Assembly: GCA_965368335.1 (NCBI GenBank)
Contig: CBDUMN010000002.1
Location: 26,135 to 90,134, forward strand
DNA from: an uncultured Rhodospirillales bacterium
GTDB taxonomy: Bacteria; Pseudomonadota; Alphaproteobacteria; Rhodospirillales; JAPHRK01
Reading direction: 5' to 3'
Length of the DNA stretch: 64,000 nucleotides
The notes below the pieces were generated by a model. It worked only from the letters and a program-made list of their open reading frames with translations. It made no database searches and was not told the DNA's origin. The first letter of the stretch is position 1. Every line of letters starts with the position of its first letter. The position numbers and the translations under genes were made by a program. Below, in pieces: positions 10,534 through 19,688 of the stretch.

Positions 10534-11337
10534 CTAATGATTAACCAGCACGTCGGTCACAAACTTAACGCCGGGATAACCGAGCGTAAGCAGCAAGTAG
10601 GCCAGCAACACCAAGCGGGCCGCCGAACGCCCGCGAACACCGGTCTTATGATGAGCAACCAATAAAGCGCCGATAACCAAAAACGTTCCAACGGAAAGAA
10701 GCGTCTTGTGATCAAGCACAAAAAACTGGCCGTTTGAAAAGTATTGAGCCACGACACCGGTCAAGAGGCCAATTCCGAGAACGACTTCACCCGAGCCTAA
10801 CAGCTTAAGGACGAGACTTTCACTATCGACGACCGCCGGCAAAACTCGGGTCAGGCGGGTTCTTTGTTTCTTCTTAAGTGCGCGCTCCTGGAGAAACGCC
10901 GCCAAGGCCGCCACGGCCGCAAGCGTCACCATGCCATAGGTCACGACGGATACGAAAATATGCATATGTATCCAGCCGGTCGGCACTTTGAGGCTCATCG
11001 GAGTCCCTTGCGCCGTATGCCAGACCGTCGCCAAAATTCCCAGAATAAGGAGATAAGGCATCAAAATCGGCGTCAAGCGCCAAGCCTGCGGAGCCCAAAT
11101 AGAGACGGCGAGAAACAGCAGAAGGGTCATACTGATGGTGACCCACAGGGTAATTGAAAGACCCGTCTGCCAATGCCCGGCAAGCAGCGCCACGGCCCAG
11201 ACACCGACACCGGCGACCGCCACAACAAGCGTCGCCCAATAGACAGTATCCTTACCGCCTTCACGATTGAGACTAACGGCCCAAACGGGCAAAAGCGCCA
11301 ATAGAGCGCATATGTTCAAAACCAGGCTTTCACTCAT
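10534..11337 (-). CDS. Cytochrome c assembly family membrane protein (CcsA/YpjD-like)
   Basis: Polytopic membrane ORF. The internal ATG at 11337 (MSESLVLN) is preferred over the track start. Confidence 0.65.
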   Translation of the reverse strand: MSESLVLNICALLALLPVWAVSLNREGGKDTVYWATLVVAVAGVGVWAVALLAGHWQTGLSITLWVTISMTLLLFLAVSIWAPQAWRLTPILMPYLLILGILATVWHTAQGTPMSLKVPTGWIHMHIFVSVVTYGMVTLAAVAALAAFLQERALKKKQRTRLTRVLPAVVDSESLVLKLLGSGEVVLGIGLLTGVVAQYFSNGQFFVLDHKTLLSVGTFLVIGALLVAHHKTGVRGRSAARLVLLAYLLLTLGYPGVKFVTDVLVNH

Positions 11338-11444
11338 GGCAATCTGTATCCTCCCGCAGAAGCCATCTGTCAAGGACCCCGTCGATCTTGCCCCTTTTCT
11401 CGGAAGGGTTTAGTAACATCAAGAACACGGGAGTTAAGATTTGA

Positions 11445-12611
11445 ATGCGTGAGCAGGAAAGAAGAGATAACGCAGCGATTATCGTTGCTGCAGGGCGTGG
11501 CCACAGAGCCGGAACGCCCCTGCCCAAGCAGTATCTTGACCTGAACGGCAAAACCATTTTGCGGCGAACCGTTGAACAATTTCTTGCCCATAAGGACGTC
11601 TCCCTTATCCAGGTGGTGATACACCCCGACGACAGAAGCCTCTACGATGAAGCCCTGCAAGGCCTGCAGCTACCCGAGCCGGTTCCAGGCGGTGAAACAC
11701 GCCAAGCTTCCGTGCTCAACGGCCTTGAGGCCCTGGCTGCGAAAAAACCGACGAAGGTTCTTATTCACGATGCGGCCCGCCCTTTTGTCTCCCTGCTGGA
11801 TATTTCCAACGTTCTCACCAAGCTTGAAAATTATCCCGCGGCCCTTCCCGCCGTCAGGGTCGCCGATACACTCAAGCGCGAAAAAGACGGCATAGTGAGC
11901 GGCACCCAGGACAGAGAGGGTCTCTGGCGGGCTCAAACGCCACAGGGCTTTGACTTTATGACCATCTTAGAGGCCCACCGCCAGCAAATCGGACAAAAAC
12001 TGACTGATGACTGCGCAGTCGCCGAAGCTTCGGGCATCCCCGTTGCAATTGTCGAGGGCTCTGACAACAACTTCAAAATCACCACGAAAGATGACGTAAA
12101 AAGGGCACAACGAATGACGGCGGCTCAAACACTAACGAGAATGGGAAGCGGCTTTGACGTACATGGGTTCTGCGATGGCGATCAAGTTACCCTTTGCGGT
12201 GTTTCCATCCCCCATAACCGTTCGCTTAAAGGACATTCCGACGCCGACGTCGCCCTGCATGCGCTAACCGACGCCCTCCTCGGCAGTATGGCGCTAGGGG
12301 ATATCGGTCAGCACTTCCCACCCAGTGACAACAGGTGGAAAGGCGCTGATTCGGCTCTTTTCTTGCGCAAAGCCCATGATCTGGTTTGCGAAGCCGGTGG
12401 GGACATTATCAATCTGGACCTAACCATCATTTGCGAAAGCCCTAAAATCGGCCCTCATAGCCAAGCGATGCGTGATAATATCGCAACCCTTCTCGACCTT
12501 CCGATCAACCGCATCTCAATCAAGGCGACAACGACCGAAGGACTGGGGTTTACCGGTCGCAAGGAAGGGATCGCCGCTCAAGCTATGGTCTCAGTGCGCT
12601 GCCCGGAATAG
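11445..12611 (+). CDS. ispDF: Bifunctional 2-C-methyl-D-erythritol 4-phosphate cytidylyltransferase / MEcPP synthase
   Basis: 388 aa. The N-terminal half is IspD-like (AAGRGHRAG). The C-terminal half is IspF-like (GSGFDVHGF, GHSDADV). Confidence 0.92.
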   Translation: MREQERRDNAAIIVAAGRGHRAGTPLPKQYLDLNGKTILRRTVEQFLAHKDVSLIQVVIHPDDRSLYDEALQGLQLPEPVPGGETRQASVLNGLEALAAKKPTKVLIHDAARPFVSLLDISNVLTKLENYPAALPAVRVADTLKREKDGIVSGTQDREGLWRAQTPQGFDFMTILEAHRQQIGQKLTDDCAVAEASGIPVAIVEGSDNNFKITTKDDVKRAQRMTAAQTLTRMGSGFDVHGFCDGDQVTLCGVSIPHNRSLKGHSDADVALHALTDALLGSMALGDIGQHFPPSDNRWKGADSALFLRKAHDLVCEAGGDIINLDLTIICESPKIGPHSQAMRDNIATLLDLPINRISIKATTTEGLGFTGRKEGIAAQAMVSVRCPE

Positions 12612-12614
12612 GCT

Positions 12615-12935
12615 CTAGACGGTTTCCTCATCGATCCACCGCAGGAAGGCCTCACTTCCCCCGACGATTGGAAGCGCAATAACGCAGGGACAATCGTAAG
12701 AATGCAGTTCCTCGATACGTTCGGTCGCCTTGGCGATAAGGCTTTTCTTCGTTTTTAGAATGAAAGACACCTCAGCATCGCTTTGAAGTTTTCCCTGCCA
12801 ACGATAAAAAGAACGCACTCCCCGGGAAACATTGGCACAAGCCGCCAGCTTCTCTTCGACGAGCTTTCCGGCAATTGTTTCCGCTTCATCCATCGTTGGC
12901 GCCGTGACATAAAGAATCACATGGCTCATAGGCAC
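12615..12935 (-). CDS. cutA: Divalent-cation tolerance protein CutA
   Basis: 106 aa. AACANV and YRWQGK are typical CutA1 motifs. Confidence 0.85.
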   Translation of the reverse strand: MPMSHVILYVTAPTMDEAETIAGKLVEEKLAACANVSRGVRSFYRWQGKLQSDAEVSFILKTKKSLIAKATERIEELHSYDCPCVIALPIVGGSEAFLRWIDEETV

Positions 12936-13012
12936 TCCTTTCGGGTTTCACCGCAGGGTAATCTAACGTACCATACAGACAATTCACCTAGTTGATTCTT
13001 ACGGAGCACGTC

Positions 13013-13252
13013 ATGACAGGTCAGGAAAAACCCACTGATATACAGGTCCAGTGGCTGACCCGTGGATTGTCACAACCCGGAGGCAAACTCCCCCTCTTCG
13101 ATGCGGAAGGACAAAGCATTAACCCGGCAACCGTACAAAGCTGTATCCGGCATGGTTGGGCCGAGCCCTGGTTTTCAAACCCCTTAAAACCGGATTGGCT
13201 CGTCTGCAAGCTTACAAAAAAGGGACGTGAAGTCTTGGAAAGTCACGGCTGA
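13013..13252 (+). CDS. Small hypothetical protein, translationally coupled to the STAS gene
   Basis: ATG at 13013 preceded by GGAG. The stop overlaps the next ATG by 1 nt (TGATG). No family recognised. Confidence 0.5.
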   Translation: MTGQEKPTDIQVQWLTRGLSQPGGKLPLFDAEGQSINPATVQSCIRHGWAEPWFSNPLKPDWLVCKLTKKGREVLESHG

Positions 13253-13554
13253 TGGAAATTCTAACGGAAACAACAGATGGCTTGACCATCGCAAAGCCGG
13301 TTGGCGACTTTGATCTGGAAAGCTCGCCAGAGGCAAGGGAATATTTCCAGGAAATTCTCGCCGAAAAAAGAGGCCTTCATGTGAATTGCTCGGAAATCAC
13401 CGCCATCGATAGCTCAGCAATTGCAACCCTTATCGAAGCTTTTCAAAGCGCTGAACGACAGAAACTGGATTTCAAGCTGACTTCCGTTGGCGCCAACGTC
13501 ATGCGCGTTCTTCAACTCGCCCGGCTCGACAACGTCTTTCCTATTGTAACCTAG
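13252..13554 (+). CDS. STAS-domain protein (anti-sigma-factor antagonist family)
   Basis: 100 aa. The IDSSAIATLIEA segment is typical of SpoIIAA/STAS. Confidence 0.8.
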   Translation: MEILTETTDGLTIAKPVGDFDLESSPEAREYFQEILAEKRGLHVNCSEITAIDSSAIATLIEAFQSAERQKLDFKLTSVGANVMRVLQLARLDNVFPIVT

Positions 13555-13563
13555 GGTCAGGAA

Positions 13564-13908
13564 TCAACCTCTGGTGTTGATCGCCACATAGCCTTTTTCA
13601 ATAGCGTCGGTCAGAGCCTCAAAAGCCGCTTTTGCTTCTTCAAACATTTCCCGCTTCAGCTTCAAGTCGCTCACCGTATCTTCGGACGGGACCGCTTCTC
13701 TTCCGCCGCTGGCAATCTCAAAAGCCGCTTCCAAATAAGCCGTGCGTAGCTTGCCAACCACAACGGCAAAGGCCAAAACCTTATCTCGAGTTAAATGGGG
13801 AATATTCGAATGAATAATTTCCCGATTGGCGATTCGGACGCCCTGCTCCACTTCATTCATAAAACGCTGAAGTTCCGCGAAATTGGGAGCCGCTGCTGGT
13901 TCCGTCAT
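13564..13908 (-). CDS. Hypothetical protein
   Basis: Clean helical-looking ORF starting MTEPAAAP at the ATG at 13908. No family recognised. Confidence 0.5.
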   Translation of the reverse strand: MTEPAAAPNFAELQRFMNEVEQGVRIANREIIHSNIPHLTRDKVLAFAVVVGKLRTAYLEAAFEIASGGREAVPSEDTVSDLKLKREMFEEAKAAFEALTDAIEKGYVAINTRG

Positions 13909-13999
13909 GGAAGCCTCCAAAACCATCAAAAGGTTGCGATATCAAAGCTATACCAACTTACCACGAACACCAAGAACTGAAGAAAGCACTTGTTTGGCA

Positions 14000-14344
14000 A
14001 TGCGCTTCCCCTCAAAATTGCACGCACTGGAACCGGAGACCGAATTTTTGAATGATTTTTCCTCCTCGACGCCGTCGCTTCTGATCTGCATTAACGAACG
14101 GCAAGACCCAACAAGACCGAGCTGCGCTCGTCGCGGTAGCTTAAAACTCGCCCAAGCCATCGAGCAAGGGATTGTCGAGCGGGGAATCGCCTTGAAAATC
14201 GAACGAATCCATTGCCTCGGTCACTGTCAGAAAGGCCCGACCATGCGCCTTGCCCCAGGGGGAAAATTTTATCTGGGCAATAAGGACACGGAAGCAGAGA
14301 CAATCCTCGACGATATCGAGTCGCGTCTGAAAAAAAGTTTATAA
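14000..14344 (+). CDS. Thioredoxin-like [2Fe-2S] ferredoxin domain protein
   Basis: ATG at 14000. Cysteine pattern CINER...SCARRG...CLGHCQKGP resembles thioredoxin-like 2Fe-2S ferredoxins. Confidence 0.6.
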   Translation: MRFPSKLHALEPETEFLNDFSSSTPSLLICINERQDPTRPSCARRGSLKLAQAIEQGIVERGIALKIERIHCLGHCQKGPTMRLAPGGKFYLGNKDTEAETILDDIESRLKKSL

Positions 14345-14371
14345 TCAACTGAGAAGTTGGGGGGAATGAAA

Positions 14372-14422
14372 TGGTCGGAGCGAGAGGATTCGAACCTCCG
14401 ACCCCTTGACCCCCAGTCAAGT
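14372..14422 (-). repeat. Displaced 3' fragment of tRNA-Pro (island attachment-site repeat, integrase-proximal)
   Basis: tggtcggagcgagaggattcgaacctccgaccccttgacccccagtcaagt is identical to 28321..28371. The tRNA 5' half is absent here. Confidence 0.95.
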
Positions 14423-14500
14423 TTTTTGATTAAACATGGTTAAACAAGTCAAAAAGTCATACCCATAAAAACGGCTGTTTTATTGCGCTTTTTACAACAT

Positions 14501-14556
14501 GGTGTAACATGGGGTAACAGCAAGAAACGGGGTTTGTGTTACCCCGGCGTTACCCC
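14501..14556. promoter_or_regulatory. Cluster of GTTACCCC/GGGGTAAC octamers upstream of int (candidate arm-type recombinase sites)
   Basis: GGGGTAAC at 14511..14518. GTTACCCC at 14538..14545 and 14549..14556. A near-copy GGTGTAAC lies at 14501..14508. The same octamer pair recurs at the other island end. Confidence 0.5.
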
Positions 14557-14593
14557 GAATGACCTTTTGACCCTGCGGAAGGACCTTTTGACC

Positions 14594-15871
14594 ATGCCCA
14601 CAATTAAGCTGACCGCGCGCGCCCTCGACCACCTTCCAGTACCGGCGAAAGGACGCCTTGAGTTTTGGGACGCCGCCCTTCCCGGCTTCGGGCTCCGCAT
14701 CACCGACCGGGGCGTTAAGTCCTGGGTGGTGATGTATCGGATAAACGGAAAGTCGCGACGCCACACCCTAGGCCGCTATCCGAAAATGCTTCTTGGCGAT
14801 GCGCGGGAGGAAGCGCGAGAAGCGATGCGGGCCGTCGAAAAAGGTGATGATCCGGCGGCGGAAAAGAAAGCGGCCCGAAAGGCTGCGCCCGACAGCTTCG
14901 GCCAGGTGGTTGAAGACTATTTCAACCGCGACGCCAGCCGACGGAATAAAGCCTGGGTGGAAACCCGGCGTCTGATTTTACGAGATTGTGAGAAATGGAC
15001 TAATCGGGCGATCAGGGACATTTCGCGCCGAGAGGTTCGTGATCTTCTAGACGGCATCGTGGATCGTGGCTCCCCCGTCATGGCAAACCGGCTGTTTGCG
15101 TATATCCGTAAAGTTTTCAACTGGGCCGTTGATCGCGAAATCATCACAGAATCGCCCTGCCGTGGATTGAAAAAACCGAGCGAAGAGCGAAGCCGCGACA
15201 GGGTTTTGACGGACGGAGAGCTTGTAGAATTTTGGAACGCTGCCGACGCGCTGGGCTATCCCTTCGGCCCGCTTTACCGGCTCGCCCTGCTGACGGCGCA
15301 ACGGCGCGGCGAAGTCGCCGCCGCTCGATGGCAGGATATCGACTTGAAGCGCGGCGTTTGGACCCTCCCCCGCGAAAAGACTAAATCCGACCGCGCCAAC
15401 GAAGTGCCGCTTTCGGACTTGGCGATTGCCGAGTTGAAAAGCCTGCCCCGCTTCAAATCCTCCGCCCTGCTATTTCCTAGCCGCACAAAAACGCAACTCG
15501 CTAATAAAGACCTGAAACGAGACGCGGAGGACCACCCGATCTCTGGATGGAGTCGCAGCAAAAGACGCCTCGACGAACTCATCGCCAAGGAACGCACTAA
15601 GAACGATGTGGAACCGATGCCCGGATGGACGATCCATGACCTGCGCCGCACCGCCGCATCAGGAATGGCCCGCCTCCGCATCGCGCCCCATGTGGTCGAG
15701 CGCCTTTTAAACCACACAGAAGGCGAAATTTCAGGCGTCGCAGCCGTCTACAACAGGTATGGATACGAGGATGAAAAACGCCAAGCAACAGATGCTTGGG
15801 CACAATTCTTAATGTCATTATTGAATCAAAAAGATAATAGGAACGTGGTCAAAATCGAGGTTCGTGGTTGA
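14594..15871 (+). CDS. int: Tyrosine recombinase / phage integrase (P4-type with N-terminal arm-binding domain)
   Basis: The N-terminus (LTARALDHL...GFGLRITDRGVKSW) is DUF4102-like. C-terminal catalytic residues are HDLRRTAAS, LNH and VYNRYGY. The ATG at 14594 is preferred over the track start at 14483. Confidence 0.9.
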   Translation: MPTIKLTARALDHLPVPAKGRLEFWDAALPGFGLRITDRGVKSWVVMYRINGKSRRHTLGRYPKMLLGDAREEAREAMRAVEKGDDPAAEKKAARKAAPDSFGQVVEDYFNRDASRRNKAWVETRRLILRDCEKWTNRAIRDISRREVRDLLDGIVDRGSPVMANRLFAYIRKVFNWAVDREIITESPCRGLKKPSEERSRDRVLTDGELVEFWNAADALGYPFGPLYRLALLTAQRRGEVAAARWQDIDLKRGVWTLPREKTKSDRANEVPLSDLAIAELKSLPRFKSSALLFPSRTKTQLANKDLKRDAEDHPISGWSRSKRRLDELIAKERTKNDVEPMPGWTIHDLRRTAASGMARLRIAPHVVERLLNHTEGEISGVAAVYNRYGYEDEKRQATDAWAQFLMSLLNQKDNRNVVKIEVRG

Positions 15872-16464
15872 TGGCGAAGGAATATAAAACGCGCGGCACC
15901 GGGATAACGGAGCGCCAGTACCTTTCGTACAGTGGCGACGACGTGCCAGAAGGTCTCCGCAAGTTCTTCGACAAATGGGACAAGAGGATTGAGGACGGCG
16001 GCGGCTTCTTCGGCGGAGTTACGATAAGCATTGTTCAAGAAGCCGAGGCCGTCCTCGCCACGGCTGACGATGAAGAACCTTTGGAAGATAGTCCCGTCGA
16101 TTTTGCTCAGAAAATATTGAAATTATGGCGTTGGGTGAAGCATGACATTTCAGCGGACAATGCCGATCAAGCCGCACGGTGGGCTTTTGAACTTGGATAC
16201 ACCTACGCTACGGCGGTGATGAAACAGGATTGGGAAGAAGCCGCCTTGAAAGGGGCTGAAGTGCTTGAAGGCAAGGCGGAACTTGAAGCACGGCAGCGCG
16301 AAGAGCGCCAAGCGATACTTGAGGATTACGAGGCGCTCCGAAAAGAGGGGGTCCGAGCAAAAGTGGCCTATAATATTGTTGGGGAGAAATTCGGCAAAAA
16401 AACCGATGGTGCGGTAAAGCAGGCCGTTTACCGCGCCCGGAAAGAAAAGAAGGGGACACCTTAG
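15871..16464 (+). CDS. Island hypothetical protein (197 aa)
   Basis: The ATG overlaps the int stop by 1 nt (TGATG). Acidic, helical sequence with a lysine-rich tail. No family recognised. Confidence 0.55.
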   Translation: MAKEYKTRGTGITERQYLSYSGDDVPEGLRKFFDKWDKRIEDGGGFFGGVTISIVQEAEAVLATADDEEPLEDSPVDFAQKILKLWRWVKHDISADNADQAARWAFELGYTYATAVMKQDWEEAALKGAEVLEGKAELEARQREERQAILEDYEALRKEGVRAKVAYNIVGEKFGKKTDGAVKQAVYRARKEKKGTP

Positions 16465-16544
16465 AGATGTCCCCCTGCGAGCAGTAGGACAACGCCCCGC
16501 CCTGTGTTTTTCTCGAAAGTGAACACGCCGCACCGCGGCTAAAC

Positions 16545-16751
16545 ATGGAGGAAAACGCAATGACGCGCACATTTTTACGCTTCCCGGACCTCGTCGAAGC
16601 AGGTCTAGTGAACAACCGCACCACCTTGGCTCGGTGGATAAAGTCCGGCAACTTTCCCGCACCCGTCTCGCTCGGCCCGAATACCCGCGCATGGCTGGTT
16701 GATGATATCGAAGCATGGGCGAACACACGCTTCGGGGGCACGGAATCATGA
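16545..16751 (+). CDS. alpA: AlpA-family HTH regulator / excisionase
   Basis: 68 aa. LRFPDLVEAGLVNNRTTLARWIKSGNFPAPVSLGPNTRAWLVDDIEAW matches the AlpA/prophage CP4-57 regulatory pattern. Confidence 0.85.
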   Translation: MEENAMTRTFLRFPDLVEAGLVNNRTTLARWIKSGNFPAPVSLGPNTRAWLVDDIEAWANTRFGGTES

Positions 16752-17032
16752 TGAGTCCCCGCCGCGAAATGGGAATCGCCGTCTATCAGGCCGCTAGGGC
16801 AATCCGCCAACACCGCCCGGATGAGGTGCGCTCGAATAGTTTGGGCGGATTTCACCGTATCCCCGGATTTCATATTCAATTTCACCGGAATCGAGGTCGC
16901 ATTGTCGTCACCAGCATGGCCGGACTTTTCGACGGCCACCTAAGGGCCGGTCGCATCGCGATAACTCGATTTCAGCGTCCCCATGATTGGGTCGATAAAT
17001 TCTTGGCCTACGTAGACGAGGTGACGCCATGA
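16748..17032 (+). CDS. Island hypothetical protein (94 aa)
   Basis: ATGA overlaps at both ends, with the alpA stop and with the primase start, which suggests translational coupling. The composition is weak and no family was recognised. Confidence 0.45.
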   Translation: MMSPRREMGIAVYQAARAIRQHRPDEVRSNSLGGFHRIPGFHIQFHRNRGRIVVTSMAGLFDGHLRAGRIAITRFQRPHDWVDKFLAYVDEVTP

Positions 17033-19557
17033 CGCAAAAACGAAAAGCCCCCGCGCCGGGAAGCAACGGGGGCCTCAATTCCAAGGAGAATAACAGGATC
17101 GATTATAGCGGAAATGCACCCCAAGCACCAGCCGCATTCACCCCCTACCCGCAGTTTATCCTGTGGCGGCTCGAACATCGCCCCGGCGAACCGAAACCGG
17201 CAAAAGTCCCGTTCGATCCGCGCACCGGCTCCCGCACGAACCCGCACGATCCGGCGAACTGGCTCTCACATGACGAAGCCGCATCGTTCCTCGCCGTCTA
17301 TCCCGATGCGGGACTCGGTTTCGTATTTACCGAGAACGATCCCTTCACGTTCATCGATGTGGATTCTTGCGTGCAACCGGACGGAACGCTTACGGCACTT
17401 GCCACCGATATTTACAGCCGGTTCCCCGGTGCCGCATTCGAGTGGTCAACGTCACAAACCGGTTTCCACCTGTTCGTCACCGGTCCCGTTCCCGAACCGT
17501 TCCGTAAGAACAACCGTCAACTTCACATCGAGTGCTACACCTCTAAACGGTTCGTCGCTCTGACCGGGATCGGTGCGCAAGGTGACGCATCAATAGACCA
17601 CACCGCCGCGCTCGCTGCGTTCCGTGATGCTTATCTCGCTACGGATGGCGCGACCATAGACGATGCGGACTGGACCGACGCCCCCGTACCGGAATGGAAC
17701 GGGCCGACCGACGACGACGAACTGATCGCCCTCGGTTGCCGTATGACCAGCGCAGCCAGTGCGTTCAATGGTCGCGCCACGTTTGCCGATCTATGGAACG
17801 GTAACGAAGAACGCCTAACAGATACCTACCCCTCCGACACCGACGTATTCGGACGTTCTGAAGCGGACTCGGCACTATTCTCACACCTTGCATTTCTTAC
17901 CGGTAAAGACTGCGAACGGATGGAACGCATCGCCAGACGGTCGGCTCTATACCGCGACAAATGGGAACGCGACGATTACCGGCGTAACACCATCCTCAAG
18001 GCTGTGGCGCGGTGCGAGAACGTGTACTCAAAGCCCGATCCTGCCGCGATCACGGAGACCGAGGCGCTCGACACTGCCCGGACGTTCACGAGGGACACCG
18101 CCGGAAGCGAAGTGTCCGAACTCCTCGGACGTATTGCCTCGGCGGGACTAAGCGGAATCTCCCAAGAGGCAATCCTCCGAACGGTTAAAGAATTTACTGG
18201 ACTGTCCCTCGGCACCCTTCGCCGTGAACTTAACGCAACCGCCAAGGACGACGAGGACCTTGCACTGCTTGTCGCCCAACGTGTCGAGAACGAACGGTTC
18301 GCCGGAGGACGGCATATCCTCCGAGATCAATTCTCGACGTTCAATGTTTACACCGGAAAATATTGGGTAACGAAAACCGACGAGCAAATCGGAAACATTG
18401 CCTTGGGTGTAATCGAGGCGTCTGACGACCTGGGCCGGGCGAGCCGTCCCCAACTCGTTAAAAACGTCATACACCTTTTGGCCGTTCGGAATGTGGTGCA
18501 AAGCGATGTAATGGGGCTGACGAGCGAACCGCGTCCCCTTATCAACTGCGACAATGGCGAGCTTCATTTCGACGAAAACGGGGGCGTCGCTTTTTATAAT
18601 CACACGGCTGAAAGCTACCTACGCTACGTCCTGCAAGTTCCGTACACACCCGGCGCGCAGGCTGATCGACTCGACGCGATCCTCCTCGGAATTTTTGCCA
18701 ACGCAACCGATCCCGCCGGGATGGTGCGCCATATTTACGAAGTGATTGGCTACGCGATTCAGCCGGACCGATTCATTCCCGCCTTTTTCATATGGCAGGG
18801 ACAGGGACGAAACGGAAAATCCCTCCTCACGGGATTGATCGAGGCGCTTATGAGTCCCGCCGCCGTACACAGCGGTTCGATGTCAGAGCTCCAAAACAAT
18901 CGGTTTGCCATTGGCTACCTTTTGGGGAAGCTCATTCTCCTCGACGACGACGTGACCACTGGACAACGGCTGCCTGACGGGCTCCTCAAGAAAATTTCCG
19001 AGCGGAAACTCCTCACGGGCGAGCGCAAGAATAAGGACCCCTTCGAGTTTGTCGCAACGGTTCTCCCGATCATGCTGACAAACAATTTTCCCACCGTCTC
19101 GGACCTGTCCCCAGGCCTCCGACGCCGCGCGTATGTCGTACCGTTTAGCCGGATATTTACCGACGAAGACGCGGACCCGAACCTCTTATCAACTATCTGC
19201 GCGACAGAACTTCCCGCATTGTTGAACCGGGCAATCGAGGGGTTCCAGCGTCTACGCGCACGCGGTCGGTTTGAGGAGCCCGTCGATTGTGTCGTTGCGA
19301 AACAGGCTTGGTTAGAAGAGGCAAACCCGCTCCCGGCGTTCCTCAATGAGAAGTGCACGCTCGGCGATGGTCACTCGGTTTTGATTTCTGACTTTTACCG
19401 ACACTTTCAAACCTGGGCATTGCAGAACGGATACCGCTCCGTCCCGATCCAAAAAGTCGTCAAACGGGACCTCAAAAATATGGGCTTCGGCGAACACAGG
19501 TACAGCAGCGGAATTCACATCATGGGCTGCACCGTAGGTACACCCCTAACCCACTGA
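17029..19557 (+). CDS. Primase-polymerase (AEP) fused to a D5/P4-type SF3 helicase
   Basis: 842 aa. The N-terminal AEP-like acidic motif is GLGFVFTENDPFTFIDVDSC. The C-terminal part has Walker A (GQGRNGKS) and Walker B (KLILLDDDV). Confidence 0.85.
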   Translation: MTQKRKAPAPGSNGGLNSKENNRIDYSGNAPQAPAAFTPYPQFILWRLEHRPGEPKPAKVPFDPRTGSRTNPHDPANWLSHDEAASFLAVYPDAGLGFVFTENDPFTFIDVDSCVQPDGTLTALATDIYSRFPGAAFEWSTSQTGFHLFVTGPVPEPFRKNNRQLHIECYTSKRFVALTGIGAQGDASIDHTAALAAFRDAYLATDGATIDDADWTDAPVPEWNGPTDDDELIALGCRMTSAASAFNGRATFADLWNGNEERLTDTYPSDTDVFGRSEADSALFSHLAFLTGKDCERMERIARRSALYRDKWERDDYRRNTILKAVARCENVYSKPDPAAITETEALDTARTFTRDTAGSEVSELLGRIASAGLSGISQEAILRTVKEFTGLSLGTLRRELNATAKDDEDLALLVAQRVENERFAGGRHILRDQFSTFNVYTGKYWVTKTDEQIGNIALGVIEASDDLGRASRPQLVKNVIHLLAVRNVVQSDVMGLTSEPRPLINCDNGELHFDENGGVAFYNHTAESYLRYVLQVPYTPGAQADRLDAILLGIFANATDPAGMVRHIYEVIGYAIQPDRFIPAFFIWQGQGRNGKSLLTGLIEALMSPAAVHSGSMSELQNNRFAIGYLLGKLILLDDDVTTGQRLPDGLLKKISERKLLTGERKNKDPFEFVATVLPIMLTNNFPTVSDLSPGLRRRAYVVPFSRIFTDEDADPNLLSTICATELPALLNRAIEGFQRLRARGRFEEPVDCVVAKQAWLEEANPLPAFLNEKCTLGDGHSVLISDFYRHFQTWALQNGYRSVPIQKVVKRDLKNMGFGEHRYSSGIHIMGCTVGTPLTH

Positions 19558-19569
19558 AAATAAAGGAAT

Positions 19570-19688
19570 GGTGTAGGAAATGCAGATTTTAGATTTACCC
19601 TTTTACGTAAAAGAAAAACATAAAAAGGGGAAAAAGTATTTTTTCTATACATACATGAAGTGGCCGAAAAATCTGCATTTCCTACACC
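19570..19688. repeat. Perfect 21-bp inverted repeat flanking a 77-bp AT-rich spacer (candidate island origin)
   Basis: ggtgtaggaaatgcagatttt at 19570..19590 is the exact reverse complement of 19668..19688. The spacer contains the 12-bp palindrome ttttacgtaaaa at 19601..19612 and several A/T tracts. Confidence 0.85.

Noticed and set aside
14372-14422. A possible second tRNA-Pro gene
   Set aside because: Only the 3' 51 nt are present and the upstream sequence cannot form the acceptor or D arms. It is the displaced att fragment, not a gene.
16150-16939. Minus-strand ORFs of 199 and 243 aa across the island alpA region, and the 173-aa minus ORF at 19782..20303
   Set aside because: They overlap plus-strand genes that have recognisable families or coupled starts. 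Their sequences are Arg/Ser/Pro-rich read-through. The 19782..20303 ORF starts inside the IS terminal repeat.
19570-19688. The inverted repeat interpreted as a MITE
   Set aside because: I see no target-site duplication flanking the arms (aat versus ttg) and did not notice another copy in the window. The position right after the primase-helicase favours an origin. The MITE reading is kept only as an alternative in the finding.
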